A stretch of DNA of 64,000 nucleotides from Sedimentisphaerales bacterium (lineage in GTDB: Bacteria > Planctomycetota > Phycisphaerae > Sedimentisphaerales > SM23-30): the NCBI GenBank assembly GCA_963666285.1, contig OY762711.1. The stretch is one strand, 5' to 3'. A program made the translations under genes and the position numbers. The notes beneath the pieces were generated by a model. That model saw only the letters and a program-made list of their open reading frames with translations. It searched no databases and was not told the origin of the DNA. Of the stretch, positions 41,467-52,204 are shown piece by piece. Position 1 is the first letter of the stretch. Each line of letters starts with the position of its first letter.

Positions 41467-43815
41467 TTACTCCGCTATTGCCCTACTGCGCCACTCGTTC
41501 AGTATTTCCCTGTCCGGACCCTCTGGAAATACCTCAATCTCACCCAACATATTGGCATAAGCCTGGGCATCTTCACTCTCAGGATCGTCAAAACCATCTA
41601 ACAGCATATTATCCGGCTCAACTTCCACCCATCCTTCAAATTCATCCAGAACTTTCTCTGAAACCAGTTTGCCATCTTCAAAGATACATAATGTATCCTG
41701 CTCACCACGCCAGTACCTCTTCCACTCGCCAACTTTCAACCCTCTATCCCATTGGCCCTCCCAAAGCAAATCGCCCAGCCAGTATTTTTTGTGATTACCG
41801 TGAAAAAGCTTACCATCATCAGTCAATTCAATTTCCTGGCAGATATGATTTTTGTTATTATAACAGTAACCCCTCATTTTTAACCCTGTACCACCATCAT
41901 CTTTCTCATACTCTACTATCTCATTTTTGGTAAATACAGACTCCAGTAAACCGGCAGAAGCTATGCCGCCGACCAATAAGCCGCACCATCCAACAATAAA
42001 TGTCAACAGCCATATTCCCAGCGTAGCAAATATACCTGTCGGCCTGGTCGATATCCTGTCCCAAAGGCCAAGAGCTTCAGATGCTATCGTATCATGTGCC
42101 CGCAATTTTCGACTTTCAGATAAAAAGTCGGCAAGACTGGCCAGCTGTTTACGCGGAATTTCGATTAAACCACCATCCTGAGATATCATACCTTCGACTT
42201 CCTCGTCGGCAATTTCTCTTTTCATTTGTTTAACAAACCTGGAATCTATATATGCCCTTTTGATGCTGACAAAATTTATAAATGCCAGTAAAAATAAAAA
42301 AAAGTCACCCGAAGAAAATGCCAGTAAAGCGAATATACATGCCGCAACTACCCGCATCCCCACTTCCAGAATCGGAAATCGACTATACAGGGTATGATGC
42401 ATAACCCAGCCGCCATCCAGCGGCATAAACGGCAGCAGGTTAAAACCATTCAAAAACAATAGCAGGAATGCCAGTTTTCGGCACATTTCATTATCGTATG
42501 CAAGCCAGAACCATATCATCACCAGGCCAAGCACTATTCCCGGCAGCGGCCCTGCCAGTGATACAAGCACTTTTTTGTATGTCGCTACGTTATGACCATA
42601 GCCGGACACTGCAGCGCCAAGAAGCGGGATAAAAAACATCTTCAAATTACGATAGCCAAACAGCCGCATCGCCAGGTAATGGCCCATCTCATGGATAAAC
42701 AATACAACAATAATATATCCAACAAAATCCAATCCCCAGCTGAACCAGCCGAGATTGAAAAAGATTACCAGCGATATCACAAGTGTTATCAGGGCATTCC
42801 ATGGATTTGGTTTTTTCTTTTGTGCCAGTTCGACCTGCTCGGCGATACTGGTTAGCCGGTCTTTCGGCACAGGTACCTCAGCTGATACACGCTCTGATAC
42901 CGTTTCTCCTGATGGAACAACTTCTGCATTATCACTATCGTCTATCTCTGCAATCAACTCTGCTCCCTGCGACTGATCTTGCTCTATTAAATTGCCATTA
43001 TTATCAAAATACCAATACCCTCTCCTTTTCTGCTCCGTCACACAAGCCTTCCAGAGTCTTTCTACATTTATATTAGGTAAACTTTCAGCAAATTTAGCTA
43101 CCTCCGAGTAACTAATTATGCATCCCTTTTCAGGTATAGCATTTCTCTTCAACTCCCTTTCTTTTGTCGTTACATAAACCAAATCATCATAAGTGGTGAT
43201 AGGTATAACAGATACTTCAGGATTTTCTTTTAGGTAATTATCGATTCTATCTTTATGTATTTCGATAAGCTCTTCAATTGTTTCAACATCAGGAATATGT
43301 TTCTTTATAACTTGTTCAATTAGAAAAAAATTATTATCATACTTTTTAGGAATTGTATCTAAAATAATATCATTTGAAAACAAGGTACTAAGGCTCACAG
43401 TTTTACAACTTGAAATAATCTTCCCGTTTATATCTTTCGTTACAATATCCGCAAAAACAGCATTCATCCAACCTTTTTCGTCACACATTGCACGACCAAA
43501 ACCTTTAGTATTAGGGAATAAATTAACAGAAGGTTCTTCGTAAAAATCTGATATTAAATCGAAATTATTTCTTTTAAAATCGTTTTCTATTTTGATATAA
43601 AATTCAAGGTCAGCATCTGAAAAATCATTATCATCCGGTATACTAATGACAAATTCTCCAAAATAAATCATTTCGCAACTATCAAGAAGAACTTTAGCTA
43701 TATTGAACAGCCTTCCTAATTTTATAAAGTAAATCAATAAAGAAATTACGCCAAGAACAAATAAAATCCAATATAAATTATCACGCAAAAAATCAATAAA
43801 TGCCAACATAGACAA
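41467..43815 (-). CDS. site-2 protease (M50) fusion with N-terminal soluble domain and C-terminal MORN-like repeats
   Basis: HEMGH, SLAGP, NLLPFMPLDGG, several TM helices and a G.W..G.K.GEW segment. Confidence 0.85.
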   Translation of the reverse strand: MSMLAFIDFLRDNLYWILFVLGVISLLIYFIKLGRLFNIAKVLLDSCEMIYFGEFVISIPDDNDFSDADLEFYIKIENDFKRNNFDLISDFYEEPSVNLFPNTKGFGRAMCDEKGWMNAVFADIVTKDINGKIISSCKTVSLSTLFSNDIILDTIPKKYDNNFFLIEQVIKKHIPDVETIEELIEIHKDRIDNYLKENPEVSVIPITTYDDLVYVTTKERELKRNAIPEKGCIISYSEVAKFAESLPNINVERLWKACVTEQKRRGYWYFDNNGNLIEQDQSQGAELIAEIDDSDNAEVVPSGETVSERVSAEVPVPKDRLTSIAEQVELAQKKKPNPWNALITLVISLVIFFNLGWFSWGLDFVGYIIVVLFIHEMGHYLAMRLFGYRNLKMFFIPLLGAAVSGYGHNVATYKKVLVSLAGPLPGIVLGLVMIWFWLAYDNEMCRKLAFLLLFLNGFNLLPFMPLDGGWVMHHTLYSRFPILEVGMRVVAACIFALLAFSSGDFFLFLLAFINFVSIKRAYIDSRFVKQMKREIADEEVEGMISQDGGLIEIPRKQLASLADFLSESRKLRAHDTIASEALGLWDRISTRPTGIFATLGIWLLTFIVGWCGLLVGGIASAGLLESVFTKNEIVEYEKDDGGTGLKMRGYCYNNKNHICQEIELTDDGKLFHGNHKKYWLGDLLWEGQWDRGLKVGEWKRYWRGEQDTLCIFEDGKLVSEKVLDEFEGWVEVEPDNMLLDGFDDPESEDAQAYANMLGEIEVFPEGPDREILNEWRSRAIAE

Positions 43816-43962
43816 CTCCCTAAATCAATTCTTAATCCTCAATTTACGCTCAAATTCAATTTCCACAATTATAAAACTTGATATGATTATATAAATATTT
43901 TGATATTAGTCAATCCAAATGAAATTGAAAGTCGAAAACTGATTTTTCTTTCCTGTTTTGGT

Positions 43963-43990
43963 TTTACATCATTCAATTATGATGTATAAT
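43963..43990 (+). promoter_or_regulatory. promoter with overlapping palindromic operator upstream of GH106
   Basis: TTTACA-N16-TATAAT with TACATCAT-N6-ATGATGTA (43965-43986). Confidence 0.5.
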
Positions 43991-44035
43991 GTTTGCTGAT
44001 AATCAGTTATTCATTTTAATCATATAATAAAATAG

Positions 44036-47000
44036 GTGAATCAGATGCAGCATCTCAAAAAAACTATCGGAATATTGTTTTTATTTATTGTACTTCTTCA
44101 TAGCGATATATACGGAGAAGATACCTTGACACCTTCCGGATACAATTCGATCGTTTCAGCCTTCAAAACGCCAACCAATGACAACCATCTCTGGTGCTAC
44201 TGGTACTGGATAAATGATGACATATCAAAGGAAGGTATAACCAAAGACCTGACCGCGATGAAAGAAGCCGGTATAGGAACCGCCCTGATCGGTAATATAA
44301 ATCCACCTGAACAAGACGGTAAAGTGCCACTTTTCAGCGATCTATGGTGGGATTGCATGGTCCATGCCGTAAACGAAGGGAAACGGCTTGGAGTAGATAT
44401 TGGTACATTTAACTGCCCCGGATGGAGCCAGTCAGGTGGACCATGGGTAAAACCGGAAATGGCAATGAGATACCTGACATATTCCGAAACGATCGTTCAA
44501 GGGCCGGGCAAAATAACGCAAAAACTGCCAAAGCCAAAGAATGAATTCCAGGATATATACGTACTGGCATTCCCAGATCAGCATGATTATACATGCTTAA
44601 ACCTGGATAATACAACAATCAAAGTATCACCTGCTGTAGAAAACTCCAATAACTGGATTGATAATAACATGTCAACATCAGCAGCTTTTGAGGCCAAAGC
44701 ACAAAGCAGCTACTCGGTTGAATTTGACAGCCAAAAAACAATCTCTGCACGCAGCTTGACTATTTACCCGGACGTCCAGCCGCTGGCTGCTAATTGTGAA
44801 GTATTTGCTTTTATAAATGACAATTACAAACTCATCAAAACCTTCCGTTATGAACGAAGCAATCACAGCGTTAATGTTGGCCCTATTCCCCTGGGGCCGG
44901 TTGCGATAGGTCTCCCGGAAACTACTTCTAACAAATTCAAACTCATCTGGCATAACCTAAATATTCCTCAAGGCAAATCCGGTTTAAAACAAATCGTAAT
45001 TGGCGAAGAACCGGTACTGGAAAGCTACATTGAAAAGCAGCTGGGCAAAATGTTCCCTACCCCACTGCCTATGTGGGGCAGCTATTTATGGGCTGACCAG
45101 CCCCCTGTTTCAGATAATCTTACTCTGCCTGTTGAAAAAGTGATTGACATCAGCAGTAAAATGGATAAAAACGGCAATCTCAACTGGAATGCTCCCGAAG
45201 GAAAATGGACCGTCCTGCGTATAGGTATGACACCAACCGGAACCATGAATTCTCCTGCCGCACCCCAGGGTAAAGGTTATGAAATAGATAAAGCCAATGA
45301 AGAACTAATCCGCTTCCATTTCAGCCAATACGTAGGTAAACTGCTCGATAGAATACCTCCAGAAAATAGAGACGCCCTGAAATATATTGTTATGGACAGT
45401 TACGAAATGGGCTCACAAAACTGGACAGATAATTTTGAAAAAAGCTTCGAAGAACGTTATGGGTATAATCCCAAAAAGTGGCTGCCGGTATTGTCCGGTA
45501 TAATTATCGGCAGTGTCGAAGAATCTGACCGATTCCTCTGGGACCTGCGTCGTGCCGTAGCAGACGATGTGGCATATGAATATGTTGGCGGCTTAAAGAA
45601 AATATGTAACGAATACGGTCTCCAGACATGGCTGGAAAATTATGGCCATTGGGGATTTCCTTCTGAATTTCTCATGTACGGCGGCCAGTCAGACCTGGTC
45701 AGCGGAGAATTCTGGAACGAAGGAACTCTGGGTAATATAGAATGCAAAGCCGCCTCTTCCTGTGTCCATATTTATGGTAAACAGAGATGTTTTGCGGAAG
45801 CGTTTACGTCAGCCGGCAATCATTTCATCCGCCACCCGGCAATGCTAAAGAAACGAGGAGACTGGAGTTTTACCGAAGGCGTAAACCAGTTCGTATTACA
45901 TCTATACATTCAGCAGCCAGACAATAATCGCATCCCGGGCATAAACGCATGGTTTGCTACTGAATTTAACCGTCACAATACATGGTTCAAACAATCAAAA
46001 CATTGGATGGATTACAATCGTCGCTGTCAGCATATGCTTCAGCAGGGTTCTTATGCTGCTGATGTGTGCTATTTCATAAGCGAAAATACTCCCAAGATGA
46101 CAGGTGTTCGAGTGCCGGAGCTGCCGCAGGGATATTCTTATGATTATATAAATGCAGAAGTAATTTTGAATGACATGTCAGTCAAAAATGGTAAGCTTGT
46201 CTTACCTTGCGGGTCTGCTTACAGCTTAATGATACTACCTCCACTTGACACCATGCGACCAGCTGTAGTTGAAAAACTGGAATCGCTTGTACGGCAAGGA
46301 GGAATTATATATGGCCCTAAGCCTGTCAAGTCGCCAAGCCTGCAAAACTACCCGATTTGTGATCAGAAAGTGAAAACTGCTGCCGACAATTTATGGGGAA
46401 CAGAATACTCAACTGGTGAACTATCACACAACTTCGGGAAAGGAAAGGTATATAACGAAATAAGTATCGAAACAGTATTACATGAACTTGGCATTAGAAA
46501 AGATTTAACTATCCAGAATGGTTCGGTGCTTTGGACACATCGCAAGATGCCGGGAATGGACGTATATTTTCTAACAAATCAATCAGATAACAGGATATCA
46601 ATTCAACCCCAGTTCAGGGTAAAAACCGGCACACCGCAATTGTGGGATGCAGTAACAGGCGAAATCAGAATATTGAACGATTTCCAGAAATCTGTAAATG
46701 GTATCACTATTCCGCTCGTCATGGAACCGGCACAAAGCCAATTTATTGTCTTCTCTGAAGAATTGCCTGAAAAGATCGACAAAGGCTACGCCGACAACTT
46801 CCCGGAAAGAAAAATACTGCAAGCTGTAGAAGGTCCATGGAATGTACAATTTAACAATCCGATCATTAACATCAACGAAAAGAGAACATTCGATAAGCTG
46901 ATCGACTGGACAAATTCCAGTGATAATACAATTAAATACTACTCTGGAACAGCCGTTTACACAACCGAATTTATAATTGATAAAATATCCGCGGATAAAG

Positions 47001-47299
47001 ACTATTTCATTGATTTAGGAAAAGTCGGCATTATGGCCGAGGTCACAATTAACGGCAAATTTGTCGGCGGCACATGGATTGCACCAAATATTCTCAGAAT
47101 TAATGACTTTATCAAACAAGGTAAGAACACCCTAAAGATAGAAGTAGTTAACCAATGGCGTAATTACCTGGTTAAAGAAAATGGATTACCGCAAGAACAA
47201 CGAAAAACCAGGATATTGGTTGACGATACCAGAAAGGACGAACCACTTCAAGCCGCAGGACTTTCAGGGCCTGTTACCATCCAGACCATAAACAAATAA
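44036..47299 (+). CDS. secreted glycoside hydrolase family 106 (alpha-L-rhamnosidase-like)
   Basis: Signal peptide; YWYWIN...EGITKDL.AM, PGWSQSGGPW, DSYE, AEAFT and YYSGTA.Y. Confidence 0.85.
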   Translation: MNQMQHLKKTIGILFLFIVLLHSDIYGEDTLTPSGYNSIVSAFKTPTNDNHLWCYWYWINDDISKEGITKDLTAMKEAGIGTALIGNINPPEQDGKVPLFSDLWWDCMVHAVNEGKRLGVDIGTFNCPGWSQSGGPWVKPEMAMRYLTYSETIVQGPGKITQKLPKPKNEFQDIYVLAFPDQHDYTCLNLDNTTIKVSPAVENSNNWIDNNMSTSAAFEAKAQSSYSVEFDSQKTISARSLTIYPDVQPLAANCEVFAFINDNYKLIKTFRYERSNHSVNVGPIPLGPVAIGLPETTSNKFKLIWHNLNIPQGKSGLKQIVIGEEPVLESYIEKQLGKMFPTPLPMWGSYLWADQPPVSDNLTLPVEKVIDISSKMDKNGNLNWNAPEGKWTVLRIGMTPTGTMNSPAAPQGKGYEIDKANEELIRFHFSQYVGKLLDRIPPENRDALKYIVMDSYEMGSQNWTDNFEKSFEERYGYNPKKWLPVLSGIIIGSVEESDRFLWDLRRAVADDVAYEYVGGLKKICNEYGLQTWLENYGHWGFPSEFLMYGGQSDLVSGEFWNEGTLGNIECKAASSCVHIYGKQRCFAEAFTSAGNHFIRHPAMLKKRGDWSFTEGVNQFVLHLYIQQPDNNRIPGINAWFATEFNRHNTWFKQSKHWMDYNRRCQHMLQQGSYAADVCYFISENTPKMTGVRVPELPQGYSYDYINAEVILNDMSVKNGKLVLPCGSAYSLMILPPLDTMRPAVVEKLESLVRQGGIIYGPKPVKSPSLQNYPICDQKVKTAADNLWGTEYSTGELSHNFGKGKVYNEISIETVLHELGIRKDLTIQNGSVLWTHRKMPGMDVYFLTNQSDNRISIQPQFRVKTGTPQLWDAVTGEIRILNDFQKSVNGITIPLVMEPAQSQFIVFSEELPEKIDKGYADNFPERKILQAVEGPWNVQFNNPIININEKRTFDKLIDWTNSSDNTIKYYSGTAVYTTEFIIDKISADKDYFIDLGKVGIMAEVTINGKFVGGTWIAPNILRINDFIKQGKNTLKIEVVNQWRNYLVKENGLPQEQRKTRILVDDTRKDEPLQAAGLSGPVTIQTINK

Positions 47300-47325
47300 T
47301 GGATTTATAATATTTTCAAGCTTAC

Positions 47326-47366
47326 AGACAAAGAATGGTTTGGTACTCCCAAATCATTCTTTGTCC
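47326..47366 (+). terminator. long hairpin after GH106, likely terminator
   Basis: GACAAAGAATGGTTTGG / CCAAATCATTCTTTGTC inverted repeat. Confidence 0.6.
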
Positions 47367-47527
47367 ATTTTATGGAATGAGCTAACAAAACCCATAACTC
47401 ATTTCTAATTATACACACTTTGAACACACGTACATTTTTCTCACATATTAACATACATTCTTTGCACAATCTTCTATAAAACAATATTTCAATCATCTTT
47501 CTTAGCACCTCAATCCGGTTTTACAAT

Positions 47528-47544
47528 TTGGCATAGGAATTGCT
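47528..47544 (+). promoter_or_regulatory. sigma54 (-24/-12) promoter
   Basis: TTGGCAT-AGGAA-TTGCT with exact GG-N10-GC spacing, ~70 bp before the operon start. Confidence 0.65.
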
Positions 47545-47613
47545 TTTAGCTAATCATTATATTTATGTATAATTATGCTTCTGTTAATGGAAAAATAGGA
47601 GACTTATGTACCA

Positions 47614-48984
47614 ATGAATATTCTGCTGATTATGCCGGATGCAAAAATGCACAAACTTAAAATCGGTCCATTGGTCCGATCAATGAGGGAAGCTCCACTT
47701 TCACTTGCAGTACTAGCTGCCCTGGCACCTTCGGAGCTTGACATTAATTTTCAGCTTATCGACGGCAGTATAGACAAAATCCCATACGATTCCAAACCTG
47801 ACCTGGTGGGTATCAGCGTCCTCACCGGCACAGCTAACCGGGCATACCAGATCGCCGATCATTTCAGAAGACGCAATATACCAGTTGTACTAGGCGGAGT
47901 ACACCCGACAATAATGCCGGATGAAGCTAGATTACATGCCGACAGCATCGTAATTGGCATGGCTGAAAATTCCTGGCCGCAGCTCCTGCAAGACTTTTAC
48001 GCCGGAAAACTAAAGACTACATACCGGGAATCTTCACCACCAGGTTCATGGCTGCTAAACATTCCTTCACCAAGAATGGACCTCATTAGAAAAACAGGAT
48101 ATATGCTGCCTAATAGTGCTCATGCAACCCGCGGATGCAGCAAAACATGCGATTTCTGCTCTGTACCTACAGTATGGAACAGGTTCCAGAAAAGACCTGT
48201 CAGCGATGTAGTTCGAGACATTAAACAGTTAAACTCAAAATATATTGCTTTTGGCGATGTTAATCTGATAGACGATATCGAATATGCCAAAGAACTTTTT
48301 ACCGCCCTGATAAAATTAAACATCAAATGGGGAGGTCTGGCTACAACAGAGGTAACCAAAGACCCAGAACTGTTTGAGCTTATGGTACAAAGCGGATGCA
48401 AATTCCTGCTGATAGGTTTCGAATCTGTAAACCAGCAGGCACTAAATTCAATCGCAAAAGGCTTCAACCATAATAAACAGTACCAGGAACTTATAAACCA
48501 ACTTCACTCAGCAGGAATCTCTATACAAGGATGCTTTGTCTTTGGCTTCGACCATGATGACACTTCTGTTTTTACTAACACCGTCGAAAGTGTTCAACAG
48601 CTAAAAATTGACATCCCCAGATATTCCATCTATACACCATATCCCGGTACAAGGCTATTTAACAGGCTTATGACCCAAAATCGCATTTTGAGCCTTAACT
48701 GGGAAGACTACGATACTATGCATGTGGTTTATCAACCAGAAAGAATGTCTCCTGAAGAGCTATACCATGGTTTCAAGTGGGCCTACAAAGAAACTTTCAA
48801 GCTTAGCCGCATAATCCGTCGTACAGCATCATTTAGCATTTCGTGCCCAATAAATTTCTTTGGCAACCTTACCTACAAGATATTTGTTAACAGGCTATAT
48901 AACGACCAGCGATTTGCCTTACCATTCACCAGGCAGACAAATATTGACTCAGGCAAAATGAATCTGGAGAAAAATAATGGCTGA
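47614..48984 (+). CDS. B12-binding-domain radical SAM protein
   Basis: DLVGIS, VVLGGVHPT, TRGCSKTCDFC, IGFES and TPYPGT. Confidence 0.9.
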   Translation: MNILLIMPDAKMHKLKIGPLVRSMREAPLSLAVLAALAPSELDINFQLIDGSIDKIPYDSKPDLVGISVLTGTANRAYQIADHFRRRNIPVVLGGVHPTIMPDEARLHADSIVIGMAENSWPQLLQDFYAGKLKTTYRESSPPGSWLLNIPSPRMDLIRKTGYMLPNSAHATRGCSKTCDFCSVPTVWNRFQKRPVSDVVRDIKQLNSKYIAFGDVNLIDDIEYAKELFTALIKLNIKWGGLATTEVTKDPELFELMVQSGCKFLLIGFESVNQQALNSIAKGFNHNKQYQELINQLHSAGISIQGCFVFGFDHDDTSVFTNTVESVQQLKIDIPRYSIYTPYPGTRLFNRLMTQNRILSLNWEDYDTMHVVYQPERMSPEELYHGFKWAYKETFKLSRIIRRTASFSISCPINFFGNLTYKIFVNRLYNDQRFALPFTRQTNIDSGKMNLEKNNG

Positions 48985-50323
48985 TATTACTTTTATATAT
49001 CCGTGCATGGGTAGATTTACCGACACAAAATATGTCAAATCCTGGCAAATGCAGCCGTTATCTATTGCTGTTCTTTCCGGCCTCACTCCCGCAGACTGGA
49101 CAAAAACTTTTTTTGATGACCGGCTCGAAGATATTAACTACAACCGGCCAACCGACCTGGTCGCTATATCTGTTGAAACCTATAACTCAAAGCGAGCCTA
49201 CCAGATCGCTGCCGAATATCGCCAACAGAATATACCAGTGATCATGGGCGGGTTCCACCCAACTTTCTGCCCGGAAGAAACACTCGAACATGCAAATGCT
49301 ATCTGTATTGGTGAAGCTGAACCAATTTGGCAACAGGTTCTGGAAGACTTCTCAGCAGGCAATCTGCAGCAAATATATCAGGGACAAGCACCGGAAACCA
49401 TCAGCACTGTATTCGATCGCTCAATATTTTCCGGTAAGAAATACCTCGATATCGAACTGGTAGAATACGGCCGCGGCTGTAAGTTCAAATGCAATTTCTG
49501 CTCTATTACCGCGTTCCATAATGCAACATACAAACAAAGAAACCTGGATGATATCATCTGCGAACTAAAAAAACTCAAAGGGGAAAATATATTCTTTGTT
49601 GATGACAATATAGTCGCCGACATCCCCAGACTCAAACATATGCTCCGCGCTATTATACCGCTAAAACTCACATGGGTCAGTCAGGGAAGCATAAATATGG
49701 CATCAGATAATGAATTGCTGGAACTAATGGTCCAAAGCGGATGTGCCGGGGTATTAATTGGATTCGAATCTCTCGACCACACCAACATGAAACTCATGAA
49801 TAAAGGTGTTAACCAGATTGATGGTTTCCCAACAGCCCTGGACAAACTGCGTAAAGCCGGGCTGAGAATCTACGGAACATTTATATTTGGCTACCCCAAT
49901 GATTCCGACGAGCTTGTCAAACAAACACTGAAATTCTCCAGGCAGCAAAAACTATTCATGGCAGCCTTTAACCATCTTGTCATTTTTCCGGGCACAAAGT
50001 TATACGAACAAGTCAACTCTTCAGGTAATCTGACAAATCCAAAATGGTGGCTCGATGAAAATTATCGTTTTGGCGATGTAGTGTACCAGCCGGAAAGCTC
50101 TTTCAGTGCCGAAAAAATCGAACAAACATGCATGGAGCTAAGACGCAAATATTACAGCCTCCCTTCGATACTTAAACGAAGCCTGGATTTCAAAGCCAAC
50201 TGCCGTACATTTAAATCAGCGGTTACATACTGGGGACTAAACCTGATGCTGAAACGAGAAATTGACCAGAAATTCGGGCTGCCGCTGGGACTTAGAAATC
50301 ATAACCAGGCAAAAAGGAACTAA
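48977..50323 (+). CDS. B12-binding-domain radical SAM protein
   Basis: DLVAIS, MGGFHPT, IGEAE, GRGCKFKCNFC, FFVDDN and FPGT. Confidence 0.9.
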   Translation: MADITFIYPCMGRFTDTKYVKSWQMQPLSIAVLSGLTPADWTKTFFDDRLEDINYNRPTDLVAISVETYNSKRAYQIAAEYRQQNIPVIMGGFHPTFCPEETLEHANAICIGEAEPIWQQVLEDFSAGNLQQIYQGQAPETISTVFDRSIFSGKKYLDIELVEYGRGCKFKCNFCSITAFHNATYKQRNLDDIICELKKLKGENIFFVDDNIVADIPRLKHMLRAIIPLKLTWVSQGSINMASDNELLELMVQSGCAGVLIGFESLDHTNMKLMNKGVNQIDGFPTALDKLRKAGLRIYGTFIFGYPNDSDELVKQTLKFSRQQKLFMAAFNHLVIFPGTKLYEQVNSSGNLTNPKWWLDENYRFGDVVYQPESSFSAEKIEQTCMELRRKYYSLPSILKRSLDFKANCRTFKSAVTYWGLNLMLKREIDQKFGLPLGLRNHNQAKRN

Positions 50324-50324
50324 A

Positions 50325-51431
50325 ATGCCTCTTGTTTACTCTATAGCAGAAAAAGCAGATGAACCTCAGCTGCGTCAGCTAATGAGGAACTGCACGATGA
50401 AAGGAGCTGTTGAACTGGCTTTCCTCCAGGAGCCGGACTTCATTAAAGCTCAGCAGGTACATGGTCGTTTTGTTGAAACATATGTAGCACATGAATCGGA
50501 AAATAATACAATAGTAGGCATGGGTACCAGAGCTGTTAAACCCGCATACATCAATGGTAAACTTGACAATATTGGGTATCTATGTAATTTGAGACTGTTA
50601 AGCGAATATCAAAAAGGAACCGCCCTCGCCCGGGGTTATAAGATGTTCCGTCACGGCCATAACGACTCCAGAACAAACTTATACCTGTCAACGATCATCG
50701 AGGACAATATCAAAGCTCGCACAATCCTGGAATCAGGCCGTGCCGCACTACCTGTTTACACAGATATCGGCAGATTTCGCTCTTTCGTTTTCAGTCTAAG
50801 GCAAAAAGTTAAGCAGGCAAGAAACAAAAGCATTGCCATAAAAAGAGCTTCAAAAGATAATGTTGATGAAATCGTAAAATTCCTCAATACCGAAGGGGCG
50901 AACAAACAGTTTTTCCCTCAATATTTTCATGCAGACCTGACCGGTAATAACGGGATACTTCCCAATCTGAACCTCAGAGATATCTACCTGGCTTATAGCA
51001 ACAGCAAGCTTATAGGGATTACTGCAGCCTGGGACCAGACTCAATTCAGACAAAACCTAATAGTTGGATATGATCGCACAATTAAACATATCAGACCCAT
51101 CATAAATTTCGGGCTGGGTATTGCCGGGTACCCTACCTTTCCAAAACCAGGCACAATCCTGAAATGCTTTACACTAGGCCTGATATGCATAAAGAACAAC
51201 GAACCGAAAATTTTTTCAATTCTGATAGATAGCATTATTTCTGATCGCAAAAACACATATTCGCTCATGATCGCCGGACTGCATGAGAATGACTCACTAT
51301 TGAAAGTACTGACAAAACAAAAAGGGATCGCTTATAACAGCAGGTTATACGCTGTCTGCTGGGACAAAGATAAAAAGATGTTAGACAAACTAGATAATAA
51401 GATACCATATTTAGAATTGGGGGCACTATAA
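50325..51431 (+). CDS. GNAT-fold acyltransferase-like protein (possibly tandem GNAT)
   Basis: IVGMG...YING...IGYLCNLRL..EYQKG resembles GNAT motif A; IIEDNIKAR; ATG 50325 follows AAGGA. Confidence 0.6.
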   Translation: MPLVYSIAEKADEPQLRQLMRNCTMKGAVELAFLQEPDFIKAQQVHGRFVETYVAHESENNTIVGMGTRAVKPAYINGKLDNIGYLCNLRLLSEYQKGTALARGYKMFRHGHNDSRTNLYLSTIIEDNIKARTILESGRAALPVYTDIGRFRSFVFSLRQKVKQARNKSIAIKRASKDNVDEIVKFLNTEGANKQFFPQYFHADLTGNNGILPNLNLRDIYLAYSNSKLIGITAAWDQTQFRQNLIVGYDRTIKHIRPIINFGLGIAGYPTFPKPGTILKCFTLGLICIKNNEPKIFSILIDSIISDRKNTYSLMIAGLHENDSLLKVLTKQKGIAYNSRLYAVCWDKDKKMLDKLDNKIPYLELGAL

Positions 51432-52198
51432 TGAACCTTACCGGTAAAGTAGTTAATGTGAATAAACTTGGCGACGAAACCGTAAAACAGATGTTCAACC
51501 TGATGAAAAAGCATTATGACAATGTTGACTGGCATGTCTTTGTTGAAGATTTATACGAAAAAGACTGGGTGATACTATTGAATAATAATTTCGCATTGAA
51601 AGGCTTTTCCACGCAAATGCTAATAGAATATCGCCTGAATGGAGAAAAAGTAAACGTTGTATTCTCTGGCGACACTATAATCGACAAAGACTATTGGGGA
51701 TCAATAGCTTTACCGGTTACTTTCGGCAAAATGATGTTAGAAATTAAAACACAATCCGCAGGCAAAAAACTGTTCTGGTTCCTCATCAGTAAAGGATTTC
51801 GAACGTACAGATTTCTGCCTGTGTTTTTTAAAACTTACTACCCGGGAACAGACAGCAACACAGATAATTTCGCCCTTCAGCTATTACATAAAATAGCAGC
51901 AGAGCGTTATGGCGATAAATACAACCCCCGATCCAGTGTTATTAGTGTTGACAGGTTCTCCCAGAAGGTCAAACCGGGCCTGTGTGACATAACTGAAACA
52001 AATAGGAAAAACAAACACATAGCATTCTTTGAGCAGACCAATCCCGGCTATATCCTAGGAGAAGAGCTAGCCTGTATAGCACGCTTTGACCATGAAAACC
52101 TTACACCATTTATTCTCAAACGGATCATGCCTGGTCAGACAATTATCGAAAATAACATCAAAAGTTGTCATAATAAAAAAAGTTTTGCAATCCACTAG
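51431..52198 (+). CDS. hypothetical protein, probable GNAT-like fold
   Basis: LKGFST, FSGDTII...YWG and WFLISKGFRTYRFLP; TAATG translational coupling. Confidence 0.55.
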   Translation: MNLTGKVVNVNKLGDETVKQMFNLMKKHYDNVDWHVFVEDLYEKDWVILLNNNFALKGFSTQMLIEYRLNGEKVNVVFSGDTIIDKDYWGSIALPVTFGKMMLEIKTQSAGKKLFWFLISKGFRTYRFLPVFFKTYYPGTDSNTDNFALQLLHKIAAERYGDKYNPRSSVISVDRFSQKVKPGLCDITETNRKNKHIAFFEQTNPGYILGEELACIARFDHENLTPFILKRIMPGQTIIENNIKSCHNKKSFAIH

Positions 52199-52204
52199 AC
52201 AATT

